From positions 6,227-33,447 of the forward strand of contig JBBABK010000001.1 of the NCBI GenBank assembly GCA_041657685.1: a stretch of DNA of 27,221 nt, given 5' to 3'. This DNA is from Phycisphaerae bacterium. Its GTDB lineage: Bacteria; Planctomycetota; Phycisphaerae; Sedimentisphaerales; Anaerobacaceae. The notes beneath the pieces were generated by a model. The model saw only the letters and a list, made by a program, of their open reading frames with translations, did no database searches and was not told the DNA's origin. A program made the translations under genes and the position numbers. Positions 16,071 through 23,090 of this stretch are shown piece by piece; the first letter of the stretch is position 1, and the number at the start of each line of letters is the position of its first letter.

Positions 16071-17081
16071 ATGGCCATTTCCAAAAGTGAGCGTCCTGCA
16101 TATCTGAAATGGTATCTAATCGTTGTTTATGTCGCGGTGCCGGTAATTTCGGCATTGTTTTTTTTAACCGATATCTTCGAAACCAACGGAACCGGCGGGG
16201 TCCCGCAAATTGTCTGGGCAGCGGGCGGCATCGTTTTACTGCTGACGGTTATCGTTACCCTGTGGAAGATAAATGAGTTGACCGGGGTGCTCGGCAAAAA
16301 CAGCGAAAGAATCGAAATCCTGACGGAACAGCAGGACAAAAATCGCAGGATGTTCGAACAAATGTCGCAGCAGATGTGCATCAGCGACACGGCCCGGTCG
16401 ATACTTTTCGGGGAAAACGACGCAGCGGCCATACGACAGGCCGTCCTGAATCTTATGCAGAATCAGCAGCAGGCCCAGGCGATGAAAATCATCGATAGGC
16501 TCCAAAGCACGGACCGTTATCACGGACTGGCCGGACAATTACGGGCAGAAGTCGAAACTTTTCAGTCGCCGGAGGAACGCGAAAAAGAAAATCAGATTAT
16601 CGATAACATCGAGACGCTCTTCAAGCACTACAAGTGGCCCAAGGCATCGACTGAGATTGAAAACTTTATCGAGGCGTTCCCTCATTCTCAGCGAGCAAAG
16701 CAGCTTCGGCAGACGCTCGTTGACAGAAAAGAGGAACGTAAAAAAGATTTGCTGAAACTTTGGGACGAGGCGGTCAGGAAACAGGCGACCGAGCGCAGTC
16801 TGGAAATACTGCGGGAACTGGATATGTACCTTACGCCCAATGAAGGACTTGCGCTGCAGGAAGCGGCGCGGGACGTATTTCGAAACAAGCTGCACAATAT
16901 GGGCGTTCAGTTTTCACTTGCTGTGTCGGAAAAACAGTGGAAAACCGCGCTGGATACGGGCCGGCAGATTGTAAGTGAATTTCCGAACAGCAAAATGGCA
17001 CAGGAGATACGTGAGCGGCTCGACGTGCTCGAACAGCGCGTAAACGAAATGCAGCAGCCGATGGGTAAAATCGAAAGCTGA
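16071..17081 (+). CDS. Membrane-anchored hypothetical protein (2 N-terminal TM helices, helical/TPR-like C-terminus)
   Basis: Two hydrophobic stretches followed by charged amphipathic helices (A...I..FI..FP.S..A; FPNSKMAQEI). RBS AAAGGA 6 nt before ATG 16071. Confidence 0.8.
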   Translation: MAISKSERPAYLKWYLIVVYVAVPVISALFFLTDIFETNGTGGVPQIVWAAGGIVLLLTVIVTLWKINELTGVLGKNSERIEILTEQQDKNRRMFEQMSQQMCISDTARSILFGENDAAAIRQAVLNLMQNQQQAQAMKIIDRLQSTDRYHGLAGQLRAEVETFQSPEEREKENQIIDNIETLFKHYKWPKASTEIENFIEAFPHSQRAKQLRQTLVDRKEERKKDLLKLWDEAVRKQATERSLEILRELDMYLTPNEGLALQEAARDVFRNKLHNMGVQFSLAVSEKQWKTALDTGRQIVSEFPNSKMAQEIRERLDVLEQRVNEMQQPMGKIES

Positions 17082-17113
17082 GATTGCTTCGTCGTTTCAC
17101 TCCTGGCAATGAC
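17080..17113. repeat. Short palindromic repeat unit (GAGATTGCTTCG...GCAATGAC type)
   Basis: gagattgcttcgtcgtttcactcctggcaatgac with ATTGC/GCAAT arms. It resembles a widespread intergenic REP-like unit (from recollection, not searched). Confidence 0.55.
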
Positions 17114-17133
17114 ATACGAGATATATTAAAAAC

Positions 17134-17167
17134 AAAAAAACCGCCGGTATGTTCGACCGGCGGTTTT
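17134..17167 (-). terminator. Rho-independent (possibly bidirectional) terminator
   Basis: AAAACCGCCGGT-atgttcg-ACCGGCGGTTTT, with a further A run at 17134-17140, between convergent genes. Confidence 0.85.
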
Positions 17168-17189
17168 GGCGTTACTCAGATCCTACAAA

Positions 17190-17735
17190 TCAATGCAGCT
17201 CGAAAAGAGACTGCGTTTTAATCATCGAAAGCTGGTCGGGATAGGCCGCGAACGAATGTATATGCAGTTCGGTTTTTCTGGCCTCGAAGTCGATATAGCA
17301 GAACGGTTCCAGCCCACCGACTTTGGTATCTGGGAAGTTCACGAAGATGCCGCGGTTGCGTGCGAAGCGTTCGAGGTCTGTATGGCTCTGGCGATACAGA
17401 TTCGCGCTCATCCGCTCAATCTGAAAATCGGTCATATAGCTCATACCCCTGCTCAGCGTGCATTTGTGCGAGCGTGGGCCGCGGAACTGGAATCGCTCGA
17501 CCAGGCCTCGCTGCGGCAACATCTGGCCGGGTGCGCTGACGACTTCGCTCAGACAGATATCCTGGCCGAACACACTGACAACGTGCGTGCAGCCGGTGAC
17601 CCAGATTAGCGCCTCGTACTTTTCAGTCTTTATTTCGCGCTTGGCGTAAATCTGGAACAGCTCCGGATGCAGCGGACGCTGAAACAAGTGAAAGGTCAAC
17701 TCGTCGATTGCGACATTAATCTGTGGTGTTTCCAT
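17190..17735 (-). CDS. DUF2617-like protein
   Basis: L.FHLFQRPLHPELF.IY N-terminal motif and C-terminal H..P..L....TQSLFE pattern, recalled from DUF2617 proteins. Confidence 0.65.
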   Translation of the reverse strand: METPQINVAIDELTFHLFQRPLHPELFQIYAKREIKTEKYEALIWVTGCTHVVSVFGQDICLSEVVSAPGQMLPQRGLVERFQFRGPRSHKCTLSRGMSYMTDFQIERMSANLYRQSHTDLERFARNRGIFVNFPDTKVGGLEPFCYIDFEARKTELHIHSFAAYPDQLSMIKTQSLFELH

Positions 17736-17930
17736 TTATACGGCCCCGTAGGAATATCTCTTGAACTTTGTGCATTATACACTTATGTGCGGTAAATTTC
17801 AAGAGCCTTATCAGTATTGATAAGGGGGTTTGACTGCCTTATAGGACTATTATCGCACAAATGCAGATTTGCAAACGACTAACACATCGCAGGATTTTTA
17901 CGAAAATTTACATCAGGAAAAAAAGTTTTT

Positions 17931-18770
17931 TTAATACTGTTCGCTGAAGAAAGCGGCGTTGATAATCGTCGCGAGGATATCATAAAAGGCGTGTGCCCCG
18001 GCCGTGATTCCGAAGCCGCGAACGGCAAAAACGGTGGCGAAATAAACACCGGCAATTGTGCGAAAAATAAAGACCGAAAATGAGAACGGCGACGACTGCG
18101 AAACCCGGCCGTCGAGAAAAACAAGATGATGATGTGCGCTGAACAGTGCCGCCGAGACAAATATCGACAGGATAATCGCGTTGCTGTGCTCGAGCCGCAG
18201 GACGTCCTGAAAGATAATCATCAGCAGGCTGATTAATATCAGCCGGAAAATAAGCTCTTCATAAATGCCGGCGCCGATACCGGTCACGACGTCGGCCAGC
18301 AGGGAGCGGTCAACTACGAGCGAGCCATTTTGCAAATATACGGCGGCATTGGACGGCGCAGATGAGCTGTTCAAAACCAGGCTCAGCACCAAAAGCGGAA
18401 TCGCGATTAATATGCATTCGACCGTCATCGGGATTACGTCGGTCACGATGAACGACCAGCTCTTTCGGCTGGCAAGCTGCATCCATAAGAGTATGATTAC
18501 CACGAACAAAGGCGGCGCAACCCAGGAAAATTTGCCGCCGAGATTGATGTATTCGAGTCCCTGCTGCAGCCAGACGAACGCGACCACGCGGATTTGCGAT
18601 TTATCGAGCACGTCGGTATTGATGAAGATTGTGCCAAGCTCGTAGAAAATGATGAACGGGAGCAGGAACATCAGCGCGTAAATCGGCCTGCTGGTGCGCT
18701 CGAGGTACGAGTCCTTCGCGAAATTTAGAAGTTGACCGGAACCGAACTTGCTTTTATCTTCCTTGACCAA
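17931..18770 (-). CDS. CPBP family intramembrane glutamic endopeptidase (CAAX protease/Abi)
   Basis: Multi-TM protein with GAGIYEELIFR (EExxxR), FSAHH and GAHAFYD (HxxxD/N). TTG start with GGAG upstream. Confidence 0.88.
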   Translation of the reverse strand: MVKEDKSKFGSGQLLNFAKDSYLERTSRPIYALMFLLPFIIFYELGTIFINTDVLDKSQIRVVAFVWLQQGLEYINLGGKFSWVAPPLFVVIILLWMQLASRKSWSFIVTDVIPMTVECILIAIPLLVLSLVLNSSSAPSNAAVYLQNGSLVVDRSLLADVVTGIGAGIYEELIFRLILISLLMIIFQDVLRLEHSNAIILSIFVSAALFSAHHHLVFLDGRVSQSSPFSFSVFIFRTIAGVYFATVFAVRGFGITAGAHAFYDILATIINAAFFSEQY

Positions 18771-18867
18771 AGCCGAGTTACTCCGTTAAAGCTGGGACAC
18801 TGACGCAAGAGTTTAGTTTATCCCGGCGCGTTTGACAACAATTAACACGGCAAAAACGGACAACTAT

Positions 18868-19530
18868 ATGTCAACAAGAGAACAACTGGACGAAATCTAC
18901 AAATTGCTGTTCGAGCGATTCGGGCCGCAGCACTGGTGGCCCGGCGATAACCAGTTCGAAATTATAATCGGCGCAATCCTCACGCAGAATACAAGCTGGA
19001 CCAACGTCGAAAAAGCAATTAACAATTTGAAAACTGCAGATGCGTTGTCGGCCGATGCGCTTTATAAAATGGATATTGATAGCCTGGCCGCTTTGATAAA
19101 GCCGGCGGGATATTTCAACGTAAAAGCAAAACGGCTCAAAAATTTTCTCGCCTGGCTGTTCGAAGACTATGACGGCAAACTGGAAAATGTTGAACAACTA
19201 TCAACGCAAAGACTTCGCGAAGAGCTGCTCAATATAAAAGGCGTAGGCAACGAGACTGCGGATTCGATTTTGTTATATGCGTTCGAGCGGCCGATTTTTG
19301 TCGTCGATGCGTACACCGCGCGAGTGGCTATTCGTCACGGATTGATAGGAACGGGTTGCGATTACGAACAGTTGCAGCAAACTTTTCAATCGAACCTTAT
19401 TGACGATGTAAAAACATTTAACGAATTCCACGCGCTGCTGGTGAAAGTCGGAAATGAATACTGCAAGCCGAAAGCTCGATGCGAAGGCTGTCCGCTGGAA
19501 CAACTGCCGCATAACCCCGAGCCAATTTGA
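18868..19530 (+). CDS. HhH-GPD DNA glycosylase (endonuclease III-related)
   Basis: FGPQHWWP, GAILTQNTSW.NV, IKPAGYFNVKAKRL, LLNIKGVGNETADSILLYAF...FVVDAY, HALLV..G..YC. Confidence 0.92.
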   Translation: MSTREQLDEIYKLLFERFGPQHWWPGDNQFEIIIGAILTQNTSWTNVEKAINNLKTADALSADALYKMDIDSLAALIKPAGYFNVKAKRLKNFLAWLFEDYDGKLENVEQLSTQRLREELLNIKGVGNETADSILLYAFERPIFVVDAYTARVAIRHGLIGTGCDYEQLQQTFQSNLIDDVKTFNEFHALLVKVGNEYCKPKARCEGCPLEQLPHNPEPI

Positions 19531-21303
19531 TTATGTTTTTACAGCGACCTTGTGCGCCGCTTTGATTCCGTCGGGCAAGTTCTGTTCAGGATAACGCCTC
19601 TGCATCGCCGCGGCTACAAGTCCGACGAACATCGGCTGCGGATTCAACGGCCGGCTCGTCAGGCACGGATGCGCCTGGGTCGCCATAAAAAACGGATGTT
19701 CGGGCAGTTCGAGGATTTGCATAATCGGCTGGTCGGGCGCCTTGCCGCTGAATACCAGCCCCTTGCCTTCGAGCTTTTTAATATATCGCGGGTCGACTTC
19801 ATAGCGGTGGCGAAATCTCATTCGCACGCTTTCGGTTTTGCCGAACAATTCCCACGCGCGGGTATCGCGCCTGACTTCGATGTCCCTGCCGCCCAGACGC
19901 ATATTGCCGCCGAGTCCTTCGATTTTTTTCTGTTCGGGCAGGATGTCAATCACAGGCTCTTTGCAGTCCCGCTCAATCTCGGTGCTGTTCGCCCCGGCTA
20001 ACTGGCATACGTTACGCGCGAATTCGATTACCGCCATCTGGAAGCCGTAACAAATTCCTAAATATGGTAATCCGTTTTCGCGAGCGTATTTGACGCAGGC
20101 GATTTTGCCTTCGGTACCGCGCGTGCCGAAGCCGCCGGGCACGATAATCCCGTCAACTTCTTTTAGCCGCTCTGCGACATTTGAGTCATTGACATCGGTC
20201 GTATCAATCCATTTTATATCGACGTCACTGCCCAGCGCGATGCCGGCGTGTTCGAGCGAATTTATAATCGACGCGTAACTGTCGCGTACGGAAATGTATT
20301 TCCCCGTTATGCCGATGGTGGTCTTGTATTTTAGCGAATCCATCTTATCGGTGAAATCGCACCATCGCGCCCAGGCCTTTCGCTCGTTGCGAAGATTGAT
20401 GCGGTCTTCGATTTTCAATAATCGCAGCACCTCGAAATCAATTCCGCGTTCCCGCAGCATCGCGGGTATCATATAAATACTGGCAGAATCCGGCACCGAC
20501 ATAACGCGTTCGAGCGGCACGTTGCTGTATATGCTGATTTTCTGGCGAACTTTTTCATCGACCGTTCTCGCCGCGCGACACCCAATCATATGCGGCTGAA
20601 CGCCGAGCTGCATCAACTGCTTAATTCCCAACTGCGCCGCTTTTGATTTCTGCTCGCCGAGCGTCTTTGGCTCCATAATGTATGTAAGCGCGACAAAACA
20701 CGCGCTGTCCGGGCCTTCCTCGTACGCAAGCTCGCGCATCGCCTCGATGAAATACGCGTTTTCCAAATCGCCGACCGTGCCGCCGATTTCCACGAACACG
20801 ATATCGGCATCGGTCTCCATCGCGAGGTTTCGCAGCTTGAGTTTCACTTCGCCGGTGACGTGCGGAATCATCTGCACGTCCCTGCCGAGATAATCGCCGT
20901 GCCGCTCCTTGCTGAGCACGGAATTGAAAATCTGGCCGCTGGTCGCGAAATTAGATTTGCTCAGGTTCTGGTCGAGCATCCGCTCGTACGTCCCCAGGTC
21001 CATATCGGTTTCCATCCCGTCGTCGAGCACGAACACCTCGCCGTGGCGGAATGGATTGAGCGTACCGGAATCTATATTAAGATAGCCTTCGAGTTTTATC
21101 GGCGCGACCTTCAGTCCCTTGTCCTGCATCAGCTTGGCAAGGCACGACGAGAAGATGCCCTTGCCCAGTCCGCTCATCACGGTGCCGAGCACGAAGACGT
21201 ATTTCGTCCTGCCTTTGCGATAGCCTTTCGGTATCGGCGAGAAAAATTCGCTTTCCGTACTCGTATCACTTACCGCCGCCAGCAATTCATTATCTTTGCT
21301 CAT
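19531..21303 (-). CDS. pyrG: CTP synthase
   Basis: SGLGKGI, NIDSGTLNPFRHGEVFVLDDG.ETD.DLG.YER, GRDVQMIPHVT, EIGGTVGD.E, KTK-like KSKAAQ, VPGGFG.RG, GIC.G.Q, GGNMRLG, RHRYEV. Confidence 0.96.
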   Translation of the reverse strand: MSKDNELLAAVSDTSTESEFFSPIPKGYRKGRTKYVFVLGTVMSGLGKGIFSSCLAKLMQDKGLKVAPIKLEGYLNIDSGTLNPFRHGEVFVLDDGMETDMDLGTYERMLDQNLSKSNFATSGQIFNSVLSKERHGDYLGRDVQMIPHVTGEVKLKLRNLAMETDADIVFVEIGGTVGDLENAYFIEAMRELAYEEGPDSACFVALTYIMEPKTLGEQKSKAAQLGIKQLMQLGVQPHMIGCRAARTVDEKVRQKISIYSNVPLERVMSVPDSASIYMIPAMLRERGIDFEVLRLLKIEDRINLRNERKAWARWCDFTDKMDSLKYKTTIGITGKYISVRDSYASIINSLEHAGIALGSDVDIKWIDTTDVNDSNVAERLKEVDGIIVPGGFGTRGTEGKIACVKYARENGLPYLGICYGFQMAVIEFARNVCQLAGANSTEIERDCKEPVIDILPEQKKIEGLGGNMRLGGRDIEVRRDTRAWELFGKTESVRMRFRHRYEVDPRYIKKLEGKGLVFSGKAPDQPIMQILELPEHPFFMATQAHPCLTSRPLNPQPMFVGLVAAAMQRRYPEQNLPDGIKAAHKVAVKT

Positions 21304-21327
21304 ATTTTCTTTCTCTACTTATTAAAA

Positions 21328-21426
21328 CCACGAATGAACACGAATTAACACAAATCAATTACAAATTCGAAATTCTAAACCCTAAATCCTAAACAAATTA
21401 AAAATCCGAATATCTAATTTCCAAAC
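21328..21426 (+). repeat. Stacked decamer and heptamer tandem arrays
   Basis: cacgaatgaa cacgaattaa cacaaatcaa (period 10), then aaattcg aaattct aaaccct aaatcct ... aatatct aatttcc (period 7). Confidence 0.8.
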
Positions 21427-21431
21427 ATTTC

Positions 21432-22047
21432 GCCACAGAGTTTTTTATTTATTAAAAGCCACGGAGAACACACTTGTCCCGATGTCTTCTATCGGGAGAG
21501 CTCGCAGAGTAACAAGTCGAGATTTTCTTAACTTTCTAAACCTCTATGGCAAATTCCTCATTCATGCTGAAATCCAGTTTATCATTAGCTTCCTCACTAC
21601 TTTTAATCTTGGACATGATGAGCTTTTCGTCCTTGACATCTTCTTTCAGCTTATCAAGGTCATCTTTAACTCGACTTTGAAAATATTGCTCAAATTCTTT
21701 TCTGGAAAACGCATACAGTCTTTTCATTATCTCTTCGTTGTTTTCTCCAAGTTTTTCCCAACAGGAAACTATTCTATCAAGCACTGAAACCTGAACAGGA
21801 ATTCTGATAACCTCCTCATAAACAGAACATTCTAATACAAATCTAGCCCAATGCTGCGGCTTCTCCTCATAAGGCCGAAGGCCTATGTGTTCAATAAGCT
21901 TGAACTGGTACCTCATACGGTTCCTTTCTGCGGTTCTTCTACCAATTTTTACTTGTGTTTCGGGTTTCATATAGACACCTTCGAGATTTAATTTATTTTT
22001 CTCTGTGCTCTCTGTGGCTATAACATAAATTATTATTTCTCTGTGGC
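21432..22047. mobile_element. Putative non-autonomous cassette bounded by nested GCCAC(A/G)GAG inverted repeats
   Basis: Outer IR GCCACAGAG (21432-21440) / CTCTGTGGC (22039-22047). Inner IR GCCACGGAGAACACA (21458-21472) / CTCTGTGCTCTCTGTGGC (22001-22018). These enclose an AT-rich orphan ORF. No transposase is present. Confidence 0.5.
21536..21970 (-). CDS. Orphan hypothetical protein (144 aa; alternative start 21916), visibly AT-rich
   Basis: Uninterrupted 144-codon ORF, A/T-ending codons unlike neighbours, acidic/basic C-terminus. No motif recognised. Confidence 0.6.
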   Translation of the reverse strand: MKPETQVKIGRRTAERNRMRYQFKLIEHIGLRPYEEKPQHWARFVLECSVYEEVIRIPVQVSVLDRIVSCWEKLGENNEEIMKRLYAFSRKEFEQYFQSRVKDDLDKLKEDVKDEKLIMSKIKSSEEANDKLDFSMNEEFAIEV

Positions 22048-22869
22048 CAATTTATACCGCTTTACAAATTCCGCGTATTGCTCGGCTGTGTCGATACCGT
22101 CGCAGGTGTGTTTTACTTTGGCGACCAATATCGAATAGCCGGTTTCGATTGCGCGCAATTGTTCCAGTTTTTCTATTTGTTCCAATCTGCCCTGCGGCAT
22201 CTTTGTAAACTCTAAAAGGAAATCCCTGCGGTAAGCATAGATGCCGAGATGTCTCAAATACTGATTCACCGCGCCGATTCCATTGGCCTGCCTGTCATAC
22301 GGAATCACCGAACGTGAAAAATAGATTGCCCTTTGGGCATTGTCGCTCGTCGCTCGACGCTCGTCGCTCGTAACGACTTTTACGATATTCGGATTTGCGA
22401 TTTGGTCGGCTGATTCGAACCCGGCGGCGAGTGTCGCCATCGGGGCGTCGGGATTATCAATTAGAAGCTGCGCGACGGTGTCGATATTGGCGGGGTCGAT
22501 TTCCGGCTCATCGGCCTGCAAATTGACAACAATATCATCAGGGTTCAGGGTGCAGGGTGCAGGGTTCAGTTTTTCGTTTTTCCTGTCCCCTGTCCGCTGT
22601 CCGCTGTACGCTGTTTCTATTGCCTCGGCGATTCGGTCGGTGCCGCTGGCGCAGTCGGGGCTTGTCATTATGCATCGTGCGCCGAAGCTCGCCGCGGCCT
22701 GGGCCACTCTTTCGTGGTCGGTCGCGATAAGAACGATATCGGGCAATTTGGCTTTCAATGCCTGTTCGTATGTGTGCTGGATGAGGTATTGGCCGGTATC
22801 AGCGGCGAGAACTTTATTGGCGAATCTCGTGGATTCGTAACGGGCGGGTATGCAAACAATCACTTTCAC
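22033..22869 (-). CDS. kdsB: 3-deoxy-manno-octulosonate cytidylyltransferase (CMP-KDO synthetase) with two repeat-derived insertions
   Basis: IPARYESTRF..K.L, IATD, SGTDRIAE, VNLQADEP, IVKVV, AIYFSRS.IP, HLGIYAYR, LE..EKLEQLRAIE.G, GIDT. GTG 22869 has AGGAG upstream. Confidence 0.95.
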   Translation of the reverse strand: MKVIVCIPARYESTRFANKVLAADTGQYLIQHTYEQALKAKLPDIVLIATDHERVAQAAASFGARCIMTSPDCASGTDRIAEAIETAYSGQRTGDRKNEKLNPAPCTLNPDDIVVNLQADEPEIDPANIDTVAQLLIDNPDAPMATLAAGFESADQIANPNIVKVVTSDERRATSDNAQRAIYFSRSVIPYDRQANGIGAVNQYLRHLGIYAYRRDFLLEFTKMPQGRLEQIEKLEQLRAIETGYSILVAKVKHTCDGIDTAEQYAEFVKRYKLATEK

Positions 22870-22972
22870 GAACCCGAATCTCCTCACTGGCTTTTACCAG
22901 GCTGGGTTTTGACATTTCAGAGACCGCACCGGCCGGGAAAACACGCCGATGCCTCGGTCTAACAGGATACGT

Positions 22973-23001
22973 ATCTTAGAAAAAATAAACCGCCGTGTCA
23001 A
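22973..23001 (-). promoter_or_regulatory. Putative sigma-70 promoter for kdsB
   Basis: Minus strand TTGACA-17 nt-TAAGAT. Confidence 0.65.
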
Positions 23002-23090
23002 CATAACAAAATCAATTAACCGCCGAATGTTAAAAAACCGTCCTAATTATAAGGAAAACGCCTGTTGCACTGAACGCTGCACCTTGTATC

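Noticed and set aside
21432-22047. Classical IS, MITE with target duplication, or integron cassette
   Set aside because: No transposase or integrase, no clear flanking direct repeat, and no attC GTTRRRY/RYYYAAC core sites are evident.
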